From contig JAWADS010000005.1 of the NCBI GenBank assembly GCA_038998625.1, positions 1 through 38,669 of the forward strand: a DNA stretch of 38,669 nt, in the 5' to 3' direction. How positions within the stretch are numbered: position 1 is the stretch's first letter; every line of letters starts with the position of its first letter. The translations under genes and the position numbers were made by a program. Under the pieces are notes generated by a model. That model was not told where the DNA came from. It searched no databases and saw nothing but the letters and a program-made list of their open reading frames with translations. The stretch comes from Candidatus Aenigmatarchaeota archaeon (GTDB lineage: Archaea > Aenigmatarchaeota > Aenigmatarchaeia > CG10238-14 > SCSR01). This document shows positions 15,043-23,648 of the stretch, piece by piece.

Positions 15043-17562
15043 TTAACCTATTATTTTGGGCATTTCTAAACCAAGGATTTTAGATTCCCCTTCTTCCATA
15101 GTTACGCCAAATATTCTATCTCCATATTTTATTGTTTGGTCGTTATGGGTTATCATTATGAATTGGCCCCTCTTTGATAGGTTTTTGATATATTCAGCAA
15201 TTTTTATACTATTTTCCTTATCCAATGCAGCATCAACTTCATCCAGAATATAGAAGGGAGCAGGCTTGTATTTTTGTATAGCGAAAATAAAAGCTAAAGC
15301 CGACAGACTTTTTTCTCCACCCGATAAGGCATCTATGTTTAACAATTTTTTACCTTTGGGATTAACTTGAATTAATAAACCAGACTCAATATTATTTGGA
15401 TCTTCTAAAGTTAAGCTGGCTGTGCCACCAACCATTTCCATAAAAATTGAATTGAAATAATTGCTAACTTCTGACAAAGTTTTGTTAAAAATTTCTTTTT
15501 TCTTTGATTCAATTTGTTCTATCATATCTAAAACGGCTTTTTTCTCCTCTAATATCTTTTCGTATCTTTTCTTATATTCATCGAACTCTGTTCTAAACTT
15601 CTCAAATTCTTCTATAGCTTTAAGATTTACTGGACCAATATTTTCTAGCTCTTTTTCTGTTTTTTTTATTAAATTTTCTAGAACATGCAATTTTTCATCC
15701 ACATATTGAACATTCCCATATTTCTCTTTCTCAACTCTAGCATTATTTAATTCCGTTTCTAATTTTGCTTGTTCAATTTTTAGTTGATTTATTTCTAATT
15801 CGAGATTTAATGATTTTTGATAAAGTTTTTTCTTTTTCTCCCTCAATTCATCAATTTCTCTTTCAGAAGTTATTCTTAATTTTTCCAAACTAATAAATTC
15901 TTTTGTCGTTTCTTCAACAGCTTTCTTTTTTAAATCTTTTTCTAGTTCGGCTATTTCATTTTTAAGGATGTCAACTTCTTTCATCAAACTTTTTCTCAAT
16001 TCTCTATATTTTTCTATTTCCTCCGTTGTTATAGTTTCAATGAATTGAGGATGAGTTTTGATATAATAACCTCCAACCATTGCTCCACTTCTTTCAATCA
16101 AATCACCATCTAGAGTCACCATTCTGGCCTTGCCAATTCCTACTACTTTAGCCACATTTAAATTTTTCACGACAAGAGTATTACCAAAAACAAATTCAAT
16201 TGCAGGTTCAAATTTTGGATTAAATTTTATTAATTTACTTGCTATTCCAATAACTCCCTCTTTGTTTAGCAACTCTTTTTCTTTGAAAATAGTAGGTTTA
16301 ATTTTGTTTAATGGAAGAAAAGTCGCTCTTCCAATTTTTTCCCTCTTTAAAAATTCTATACAATAAGCAGCAACATCATCGTTTTCAGTAACTATATCAT
16401 ATAAATGTGGACCTGCAGCAACTTCTATGGCAACTTGATATCTTTCAGGTACAGAAATTAAGTTAGCAATAGCACCATAAACTCCTTTTAAATTAAGTTT
16501 TAGTACAGCTTCAACAGCTTTAGGAATAGCCCCTATAAATTCTGCTTTTTTGGATTCTAGAGCCAATAATTTTTCAATTAAAGAATCTAATCTTTCAATT
16601 TCCCTTAGATTTGTTTCTAGTTTATCTTTTTTTATTAGAATCTGGCTTCTAATCTCAGAAACTTCTTTTTCAATTTCTACTCTTTTAGATAAATTAATTA
16701 ATTGATTTGCTATATCTCTAATATTTTTCTCTTTTTCTTCTAGCTCCTTCTCAACTTTTTCAAAATCTTCTTTTATTTTTTTGCTTTGCTCCTCTTTTTT
16801 CATTAGCGCTTCGTTTATCTTGTTCAATTCCTCTTGTAATAATATAAATTTTTTATAAGCATAAGAAGCCTTTAATGTGGTAAGTTGTCGAGTTAGTTGT
16901 TGGTATCTAATGGCAGCATTTCTTTCTTCTTCTAATCTTTTATAAATATCATATCTTTGTGATATGACAATTTCTGCTTCCTTAAGCTTTTGCTCCACTT
17001 GTTCCAAATCTTTTTGAGCTTTAGATTTCTTTTCGTTATACTCAGCTATACCAGATATTTCATCTATAATTTCTCTTCTCTCTATAGGACTCATCTCGAT
17101 TATTTCTGTTATATCGCCTTGCAAAACAATATTATGACCATTAGGATGAATTCTAGCTAAGGATAAAACTTCTAAAATTTTTTCTCGCGTAGTATTCCTA
17201 CCATTTAGCTTATATATGGAAACACCATTTCTATTAACTTTTCTTGTTATAGTTATTTCAGAATCATCAAAGGGGAAAGCTTTAGTAGAGTTATCTAAAA
17301 AGAGGGTTACACTAGCGTATTGGGCGGGTTGCTTGGTATCACTTCCATGGAAAATTAATTCATGAAGCCTATCGGCCCTTAAAGATTTTGCTGATGTCCT
17401 TCCTAGCACAAAACAAATTGCATCTACAATATTACTTTTCCCTACACCATTCGGGCCACAAAAAATATTAAAACTATTTGCTAGAGGAATGGAAATCCTT
17501 TTATTAAAACTTTTAAAACCCTGGATTGTAATTTTTGATATAAAAGTTTTTTTATCTGTCAT
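15043..17562 (-). CDS. smc: Chromosome segregation protein Smc (unusually short, 839 aa)
   Basis: GFKSF, GPNGVGKSN, hinge GRATFLPLNKI...VTLDGD...GG, LSGGEKS, FYILDEVDAALD. Confidence 0.95.
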   Translation of the reverse strand: MTDKKTFISKITIQGFKSFNKRISIPLANSFNIFCGPNGVGKSNIVDAICFVLGRTSAKSLRADRLHELIFHGSDTKQPAQYASVTLFLDNSTKAFPFDDSEITITRKVNRNGVSIYKLNGRNTTREKILEVLSLARIHPNGHNIVLQGDITEIIEMSPIERREIIDEISGIAEYNEKKSKAQKDLEQVEQKLKEAEIVISQRYDIYKRLEEERNAAIRYQQLTRQLTTLKASYAYKKFILLQEELNKINEALMKKEEQSKKIKEDFEKVEKELEEKEKNIRDIANQLINLSKRVEIEKEVSEIRSQILIKKDKLETNLREIERLDSLIEKLLALESKKAEFIGAIPKAVEAVLKLNLKGVYGAIANLISVPERYQVAIEVAAGPHLYDIVTENDDVAAYCIEFLKREKIGRATFLPLNKIKPTIFKEKELLNKEGVIGIASKLIKFNPKFEPAIEFVFGNTLVVKNLNVAKVVGIGKARMVTLDGDLIERSGAMVGGYYIKTHPQFIETITTEEIEKYRELRKSLMKEVDILKNEIAELEKDLKKKAVEETTKEFISLEKLRITSEREIDELREKKKKLYQKSLNLELEINQLKIEQAKLETELNNARVEKEKYGNVQYVDEKLHVLENLIKKTEKELENIGPVNLKAIEEFEKFRTEFDEYKKRYEKILEEKKAVLDMIEQIESKKKEIFNKTLSEVSNYFNSIFMEMVGGTASLTLEDPNNIESGLLIQVNPKGKKLLNIDALSGGEKSLSALAFIFAIQKYKPAPFYILDEVDAALDKENSIKIAEYIKNLSKRGQFIMITHNDQTIKYGDRIFGVTMEEGESKILGLEMPKIIG

Positions 17563-17723
17563 TTTTTATCCTTTTTTTTATTTAGTCCTAACCAATCTCT
17601 GAGGGCATTGTTCAATATTTCAGTTCTTGTATTATAAAGTCCACTTTTTAGCATTTCATCCAATTTTTTTGTAATTTCTTCAGGAACGCGCCACGTTATT
17701 ATGTTAGAATTTCTTTTTTTCAT
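17559..17723 (-). CDS. 54-aa ribbon-helix-helix (CopG/Arc/MetJ-like) DNA-binding protein
   Basis: MKKRNSNIITWRVPEEITKKLDEMLKSGLYNTRTEILNNALRDWLGLNKKKDKK; its stop overlaps the smc start (ATGA). Missing from the ORF track. Confidence 0.85.
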   Translation of the reverse strand: MKKRNSNIITWRVPEEITKKLDEMLKSGLYNTRTEILNNALRDWLGLNKKKDKK

Positions 17724-17732
17724 TTTAACCTA

Positions 17733-17753
17733 TGTATTATTTTGTATTACAAA
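17733..17753. promoter_or_regulatory. Candidate RHH operator
   Basis: TGTATTA twice at 10-bp spacing (17733, 17743) and the palindrome TTTGTA-T-TACAAA (17741-17753), just upstream of the RHH start. Confidence 0.45.
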
Positions 17754-17778
17754 GAAAAAAATATTATTATTAATACTT

Positions 17779-18054
17779 TTATTCAACTGTAAAAAATTTT
17801 TTCTCACTCTCAGGTATTTTAAAGATTTTCAAATGTAGGCCCGCGTCAATATAAGCCCAAGAAATCACAACCGCCTCGAAAGCCCTTATAAAATCTTCTT
17901 TTTCGAAAAAATATTTAGAATCTTCAAAATAACTTTTGGCTAAATTAAATAATTCTTTACCTTTCTTTTTTGATAGCTGAATTTTTTTAAAAATTTGTTT
18001 CATCTTTCGAATTTCTTTTTTCGATATTTCTTTTAAAGAATCCTTCTCTACCAT
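17779..18054 (-). CDS. DUF357 family protein
   Basis: AKSYFEDSKYFFEKEDFIRAFEAVVISWAYIDAG; start reassigned to ATG 18054. Confidence 0.85.
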   Translation of the reverse strand: MVEKDSLKEISKKEIRKMKQIFKKIQLSKKKGKELFNLAKSYFEDSKYFFEKEDFIRAFEAVVISWAYIDAGLHLKIFKIPESEKKFFTVE

Positions 18055-18091
18055 ACTTATCTTTAAATATCTAAAAAACATAATTTTTTTT

Positions 18092-19138
18092 ATGAGTAAG
18101 AAACTGCTAGTTTTATTTTTTGTGGTTCTTGTGGTTTTCCCCTTTTCTTTAACCTTCGCGCAATCCACTTCTGGGCAACGTGAGTGTTATTGTCGATTAC
18201 CTTGCAATTCTATGGTAAGACCTGATATAATGGATTGTAGATTATTTGATGAACAGCCTCGTTCACATCCTTACAAATGCCCTGGATTATGTAAGGAATC
18301 GCCATCAATAACTAACGAAAGTTATTGTGGGTGGTGTGGTGATAAATGTACATTTATTAATAATACGACAATTTGCCCTCTAATAATCAGTCAAGAACAG
18401 CAATATTATGATTGTAAATTAGTAGGTAATGAATGTCAGGCCGTGCCAAAAGACCCATCTTATCCTCCTTATAGTTCTTGTCGCAAGGCTGGTGGAAGTT
18501 GTATTCCAGTTGGATTACAATGTCATGGAGAAGAATTAAGAGGCAATCTTTGCCCGGATCAATTGATATGTTGTAAAGTTGGCACCCCCTCACCGCCACC
18601 AATAAATAATACAACTAAGCCTTGCATTAGGCCTTTTGTAGGAAGACCAACATTTATCCCTATAGATAAAGAATGCCCACCGTCTCCTTTACCAAGAAGT
18701 ATTGTAGGCTTTGGTTTAGGGATATTAAAAGACTTTAGCGATTTTGTATATTTGAGAATAGGCATTGTTCCAAGAGGTTTTAGCGGTCAAGAGATACAAG
18801 GTTATCTTTGGGTTGATGATAATAAATACGAGCTAAGAAACATTACATGGAATAAAGAATATCTTTGGGGTGACCCTCGTATAGTGCTAACAAACATTAC
18901 AGGGAATGTTACATTGTATGAGGAAACATATGTATTAACCGCTTATATTTATAATGGCACTACAAATATTGGAAATATTGTTTTAAAATTAAACCAAAAA
19001 CAAGTAAGAAGAAACCCCTCCATAATTATTTATAGAGATATAATTGTTGGTGATATGAGTTTGTTGGACGTTGATTACAAAATTTATATCATAGGAAGGT
19101 CTTATGAAGTTCCATTTCCAATAATCCCCATGAGATGA
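18092..19138 (+). CDS. Secreted Cys-rich modular surface protein
   Basis: Signal peptide, 20 Cys in the N-terminal ~200 aa, Pro-rich linker, beta-rich C-terminal domain. Confidence 0.8.
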   Translation: MSKKLLVLFFVVLVVFPFSLTFAQSTSGQRECYCRLPCNSMVRPDIMDCRLFDEQPRSHPYKCPGLCKESPSITNESYCGWCGDKCTFINNTTICPLIISQEQQYYDCKLVGNECQAVPKDPSYPPYSSCRKAGGSCIPVGLQCHGEELRGNLCPDQLICCKVGTPSPPPINNTTKPCIRPFVGRPTFIPIDKECPPSPLPRSIVGFGLGILKDFSDFVYLRIGIVPRGFSGQEIQGYLWVDDNKYELRNITWNKEYLWGDPRIVLTNITGNVTLYEETYVLTAYIYNGTTNIGNIVLKLNQKQVRRNPSIIIYRDIIVGDMSLLDVDYKIYIIGRSYEVPFPIIPMR

Positions 19139-19142
19139 TCTT

Positions 19143-19370
19143 GTGGCTATCTTCACCTTAAAAATAATCATAATTTTGGTTTTATTAATCATAGCAATTT
19201 TTGTTTTAGCCTTAGGTAAAAAGCAAGAAGTTGCATTTCCTACAAAAGGAGAGGTTGATTTAGAAATTCTACCAGGCACTTCTCCTGAAGAAATTTTCGA
19301 TATTTTAGATGAAAAATTTAATCAACAAGAAGAGCAGATTTTTAATGAAATAGAACAGGCAATAAAGTAG
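19143..19370 (+). CDS. Small membrane-anchored acidic hypothetical protein
   Basis: N-terminal TM helix; starts 4 nt after the upstream gene. Confidence 0.6.
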   Translation: MAIFTLKIIIILVLLIIAIFVLALGKKQEVAFPTKGEVDLEILPGTSPEEIFDILDEKFNQQEEQIFNEIEQAIK

Positions 19371-19380
19371 TTTATTGGTT

Positions 19381-19439
19381 CGCTCCACTGGGCGGTCCAC
19401 CTCGCGCGAGATATTAAACAAAGAATATAGGCGCGAGGT
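19381..19439. other. GC-rich double hairpin (possible ncRNA or element end)
   Basis: CGCTC/GGGCG hairpin followed by ACCTCGCGC...ATATT/AATAT...GCGCGAGGT stem. Confidence 0.5.
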
Positions 19440-19488
19440 CCTTCTTTGTAAAAAAATTGTAAAGCAAAAAAATCAGCAAAAATTTTCC

Positions 19489-19674
19489 CCTTTATATAGA
19501 TTTAGAACCACCATTAGTGGTTCGCAATCTATATAAAGGCTTTAAAAAGCATTGGAAATACAACTCTTAAGAATTGGAACTCCTAAAAGTGGTACAAAAT
19601 CTTTATAAATAAAAGTGGAAAAAAATCGAAACATTTATATAGATTTAGAACTCCCAAAAGTGGTAGTAAATTTT
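19489..19674. repeat. Three copies of GAAC(C/T)(A/C)C-N5-GTGGT at 71-72 bp period, the first inside a 51-bp inverted repeat
   Basis: GAAC at 19505, 19577 and 19648; TTTATATAGATTTAGAAC identical at 19491 and 19634; arms CCTTTATATAGATT/AATCTATATAAAGG. Confidence 0.85.
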
Positions 19675-19690
19675 GGAAAAGCAGGAAAAA

Positions 19691-20734
19691 TTAAAGCAAG
19701 TCTAAATCTATTGTTTGCAAAAAACTCTTTAAACAAGAAACTAAACTAAAAACAAATTTATTGTTCTTTAGAATTTTAAAAGTCTTTCTTACTAAATATC
19801 CCTTTTTTATTGCTGGTAGCAATTCTTTCTTCCATTTATTTTCATAATTTTCTTTAAAAAATTCTTTGGAAAAATCATTTTGTTTAAAAGCCTTTTTTAT
19901 CGCATCTGCAGCAATTTCCGTGGCTATGGCAGCATATGTAAAGCCACCGGCGCTGTAAGGTTTTAGTTGACCTGCTGCATCTCCCAGCAGAAAACCTCCA
20001 TCAAAGTAAGTTTTGCTAGGCAAACCTATGCGAATTGTATCGCCATAAAAATTTTCAAATTTAACTTTACCAAATCTTTGATGAATAAAATTGTTTAAAA
20101 GGTTTAAAGCATTATTTTCATTAATTATTCCTATCTTTGCCCTTTCCTCGTCCACAGCCACAAGCCATATAAAATAATTTTTACTATAGTTGTTATTAAA
20201 ATAAATTTCGATTCCATTGCTCAGTTTTTCTTTAATTATTCCCTCTGCGCTCGAAAAGATTTCTTTAGACAAACTTATTCCATTAACTAAAGCCACCCTG
20301 GATAAAGGGCCATCAGCTCCGATTAAAATTTTTGCTTTTATCTTACCTTTAGATGTAATTACATCTTCTCCTATTCTGTTCAAAAAACTTGTACCAAACT
20401 TTATTTGCGCTTTCTCCTTTGCATGTTTAAACAAAACATCTTCGAATTTTTTGATATTCAGAAGATACATATATCTTTTTGATTTTAATTTAAAGCTTCC
20501 GTGAGGAAAATTAAAAGTTGCTTGATGAAATTTATTTAATATTAATTTTTCCTTTGGCAACTCTTTAGCAATTTTGAAAAATCTGTAGCTAACTAAGCCT
20601 GTTGACTTGATTTCGACTTTTTCATTTTTCTCCAAAACCAAAATTTTCAGATCTTCTGGAAGTAAATAAGAAAGCCTTAAGCCAGAACTGCCAGCACCAA
20701 CAATTACAACATCAAACTCTTTTTCATTTTCCAT
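19691..20734 (-). CDS. Geranylgeranyl reductase-family FAD oxidoreductase
   Basis: DVVIVGAGSSG, IGADGPLSRV, LLGDAAGQLKPYSAGG. Confidence 0.85.
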   Translation of the reverse strand: MENEKEFDVVIVGAGSSGLRLSYLLPEDLKILVLEKNEKVEIKSTGLVSYRFFKIAKELPKEKLILNKFHQATFNFPHGSFKLKSKRYMYLLNIKKFEDVLFKHAKEKAQIKFGTSFLNRIGEDVITSKGKIKAKILIGADGPLSRVALVNGISLSKEIFSSAEGIIKEKLSNGIEIYFNNNYSKNYFIWLVAVDEERAKIGIINENNALNLLNNFIHQRFGKVKFENFYGDTIRIGLPSKTYFDGGFLLGDAAGQLKPYSAGGFTYAAIATEIAADAIKKAFKQNDFSKEFFKENYENKWKKELLPAIKKGYLVRKTFKILKNNKFVFSLVSCLKSFLQTIDLDLL

Positions 20735-21422
20735 AATTTCTTTGTATTGAATTAAACCAATTTAAAGCCTTATTAAATTCCTTTTTGGAAAAATCTGGCC
20801 ATAGAGTTTTTGTTACATAAATTTCAGCATAAGCAGATTGTAAAGGCATGAAATCAGATAGTCGTGAATAACCACCAGTTCTTATAATTAAGTCTATCGG
20901 CTCTTTTTCTAATAAATTCTCTTCTATCATTTTAGGAGAAATTTTAACCCTTTTTGATAATAATTTTTTCATCAATTTTTTGACTGCCCAAAAAACTTCA
21001 TAAGTTCCTTTATAGCCTATCAAAAAGTTTAAAATAAATTTCTGGTATTTTGAAGTTTTTTGCATGATTTTTCTAATTAGCCTAACTAAGCTCTTGGGCA
21101 ACCTTCTGAAATCTCCTAAAACCCTTATTTTTACTTCATATTTTTCAATTTCTTTAAACTCGCCATTAAGCCATCTCTTGAAATAAGTTTCCATTAACTT
21201 AAAAATTTGTCTAATCTCTTCTTTTTTTCTTTTTTCCAAATTATCTAAAGATAAAGCATATACCGAAACTTTTTTTATCTTTTTCTCCAAACACCATTTC
21301 AAAAACCGTTCAAAATTTTCAGCTCCGGCTTTGTGTCCTTCCCAAACAGGTAAGTTTCTTGCTTGGGCCCATCTTCTGTTTCCATCAAGAATAACGCCTA
21401 TGTGATTGGGTAGAATCATCAT
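20724..21422 (-). CDS. uppS: cis-prenyltransferase (polyprenyl diphosphate synthase)
   Basis: PNHIGVILDGNRRWA, DLIIRTGG..RLSDF, WPDF, RNYG; start moved to 21422 so it does not overlap the tRNA. Confidence 0.95.
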   Translation of the reverse strand: MMILPNHIGVILDGNRRWAQARNLPVWEGHKAGAENFERFLKWCLEKKIKKVSVYALSLDNLEKRKKEEIRQIFKLMETYFKRWLNGEFKEIEKYEVKIRVLGDFRRLPKSLVRLIRKIMQKTSKYQKFILNFLIGYKGTYEVFWAVKKLMKKLLSKRVKISPKMIEENLLEKEPIDLIIRTGGYSRLSDFMPLQSAYAEIYVTKTLWPDFSKKEFNKALNWFNSIQRNYGK

Positions 21423-21479
21423 AAAAATATTTGTAATCACAAAATTTATAAATAAATATTGTTTCTTTATGAAAAGTAA

Positions 21480-21564
21480 GCCCCTGTAGCTCAACGGTAG
21501 AGCACCCGATGTAAAGGTGAAGCTGTTAACCGGTAGGTTGTGGGTTCAAATCCCACCGGGGGCG
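21480..21564 (+). tRNA. tRNA-Asn(GTT) with 13-nt intron at position 30/31 (21509-21521)
   Basis: GCCCCTG/CGGGGGC acceptor, G73; BHB AG-CACC-CG^A...GGTG-AA^G-CT; spliced loop CTGTTAA. Confidence 0.93.
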
Positions 21565-21645
21565 CTTTTCTTCGACGTTGAATGAGAATTAAATTTCAGG
21601 TATAAAGAAAAGTTAAGCAATATATCGGATTTAAAATTTAGATTT

Positions 21646-22782
21646 TTAAGTGTTAATTTTTTGAAAATTTTGTCTTGCATATTTTAACTTTTCTAAATTT
21701 GTATAACCATTTTCTTTTAACTTCTTAATTAAACCCTCGCCAATTTTTTTCACGAGACCAAAACCATAAAAAGTTAAAGGTGTATAAAATTGCAATACAT
21801 TTGCGCCAGCCTCTATTGTTCGATAGGCATCTTCAACATCAAAAATTCCACCAGTAGCGAAAATTATTATATCGGGGAACCTTTCCCTAGCATCTTTAAC
21901 CGCCCTTAATCTATATTCAGCTAAAGGCCTTCCGCTCACGCCAGCACTCTTATAAGGCCAATTGTACGGAATTCTATAAGTATTAACGCCAACTATTCCA
22001 TTTCCTCCATTTTCTACGAAAGCCTCAATTAAAGATAGACTCTCCTTCTTACCTTCTTCATTTTTATCATAGGGCCCTATCTTAACAAGCTTTAATTTAT
22101 CTGGCGCTTTTTGTTTCATGATTTCTGCATGCTTTTTAAACATTTCTTGAGTTCTCAAAAATTTTAATATCTCTGTATTAGGTGAAGAAGGGTTCCAGAC
22201 AAAACCATCAACATATGGATTTAATTTATCTATGAGTAGTGAAACTTCGTCCAATGATTTGTCTAATTCTTTTTCAGAATTTGGTATGCCGCATATATTA
22301 GCATAAATCGGATACTCTGGTCTTTTTTTACGAAATTCTCGCAATTTTCTAAGGGAATACTCTACACCCTTACTAGGAAACCCTTGAGCATTATATATTG
22401 CTTCCTTTTTTGCATCAGTCGTGACCCTGGGCTTAGGATTACCTTCTCTAAAATTCACGACAATAGTTCCAACTTCTTGAAAACCAAAAACATAAGACAA
22501 AGGTAATAAAGCCTCGCAATTTTTATCAAAACCTGCGGCGGTTCCCAAAGGAATTATCTTCTTTCCATTTATAGTAATTTCTAGTTCTTCAAAATAAAAT
22601 TCTTTTTGTTTTTTTTCCAAAATGTTAAGAACTTCTAGTTCATTCAAAAATTTTAGTATATATTCATGAACACTTTCTACATCGTTGTTATTTTTTCTAT
22701 ATAACCAGGGTCTTATAAAATTCTTAAAGATAAAAGGATGATTTAGTTGGAGGGAAAGTTTTTCTAGTTTAGCTAAAGTCAA
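21646..22782 (-). CDS. pyrD: Dihydroorotate dehydrogenase, class 2-like
   Basis: GTAAGFDKN, GNPKPR, NPSSPNT (Ser base), VKIGP, GVSGRPL, GGI. Confidence 0.9.
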   Translation of the reverse strand: MTLAKLEKLSLQLNHPFIFKNFIRPWLYRKNNNDVESVHEYILKFLNELEVLNILEKKQKEFYFEELEITINGKKIIPLGTAAGFDKNCEALLPLSYVFGFQEVGTIVVNFREGNPKPRVTTDAKKEAIYNAQGFPSKGVEYSLRKLREFRKKRPEYPIYANICGIPNSEKELDKSLDEVSLLIDKLNPYVDGFVWNPSSPNTEILKFLRTQEMFKKHAEIMKQKAPDKLKLVKIGPYDKNEEGKKESLSLIEAFVENGGNGIVGVNTYRIPYNWPYKSAGVSGRPLAEYRLRAVKDARERFPDIIIFATGGIFDVEDAYRTIEAGANVLQFYTPLTFYGFGLVKKIGEGLIKKLKENGYTNLEKLKYARQNFQKINT

Positions 22783-22847
22783 GTTTATCTTAATTATTAT
22801 TGTAAAAAACTTTTAAATTTTTTTCCATCCAAAAACAATAGTTAATT

Positions 22848-23630
22848 ATGCCTAGAAGTATTTGGAAAGGTAGCATAAGTTTTGGTTTAGTTAACATACC
22901 AATAAAAGTTTATCCTGCTGCTCAATCTAAGCAATTAAGTTTTCACACCCTTTGTAAAGAAGGCCACCCTTTGGAATATAAAAGATGGTGCCCCGTAGAA
23001 AGAAGAGAAGTAAAATGGGATGAAGTAAAGAAAGGGTATAAAATTGGTGACAAGTACATTATCTTAGAAAAAGAGGATCTTAAAAAAATTGAATTAAAAA
23101 CAACAAAAACAATTGATATTGTGGAATTTGTGGACGCCCCTCAAATTGACCCCATTTACATAGAAAAAAGTTATTATGTTGTGCCGGAAGAAACTGGAGT
23201 AAAAGCTTATTCTCTTTTCGTTGAAGCACTATCTTTACAAAATAAAATTGCGATTGGAAAAGTTGTGATGAGAGAAAAAGAATATTTAGTTGCTTTAAGG
23301 GCCTACAAAAAAGGTTTGGTGATGCATGTTTTGCATTATTTGGGAGAAATAAAACCAATAGAGGAGTTAGAAGAATTAAAAAATGTTGTGGTTGTGAAGG
23401 GGGAAGAATTAAAATTAGCTCAAGTTTTGATAGAAAAGTTAACTGAAGAAAAATTTGATATCGGTAAGTTCACCGATACTTATACCGAAGCTCTGAAAAA
23501 ATTGATTAAAACTAAAGCCGAAGGAAAGGTTTTCAAAATAGAAGAAAGGCCTGTGGAAGAAGCTAAAAGTTTAATGGAGGCGTTGAAGATAAGTGTTGAG
23601 ACCGTTGAAAGAAAAAAGAAAAAATCTTAA
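22848..23630 (+). CDS. ku: Prokaryotic Ku protein (NHEJ)
   Basis: MPRSIWKGSISFGLVNIPIK, IDPIYIEKSYY, SLMEALK. Confidence 0.97.
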   Translation: MPRSIWKGSISFGLVNIPIKVYPAAQSKQLSFHTLCKEGHPLEYKRWCPVERREVKWDEVKKGYKIGDKYIILEKEDLKKIELKTTKTIDIVEFVDAPQIDPIYIEKSYYVVPEETGVKAYSLFVEALSLQNKIAIGKVVMREKEYLVALRAYKKGLVMHVLHYLGEIKPIEELEELKNVVVVKGEELKLAQVLIEKLTEEKFDIGKFTDTYTEALKKLIKTKAEGKVFKIEERPVEEAKSLMEALKISVETVERKKKKS

Positions 23631-23648
23631 TAAATTTAATAGGTTTTT

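Noticed and set aside
18055..18168. N-terminal extension of the DUF357 ORF
   Set aside because: It overlaps the divergent 18092 gene; ATG 18054 gives a typical length.
19489..19674. CRISPR array (71-72 bp period)
   Set aside because: The repeats are degenerate, one 'spacer' recurs at 24652-24700, and there are no cas genes or typical repeat terminus.
21423..21494. N-terminal extension of uppS in the ORF track
   Set aside because: It overlaps tRNA-Asn and its promoter; homology begins at MMILPNH.
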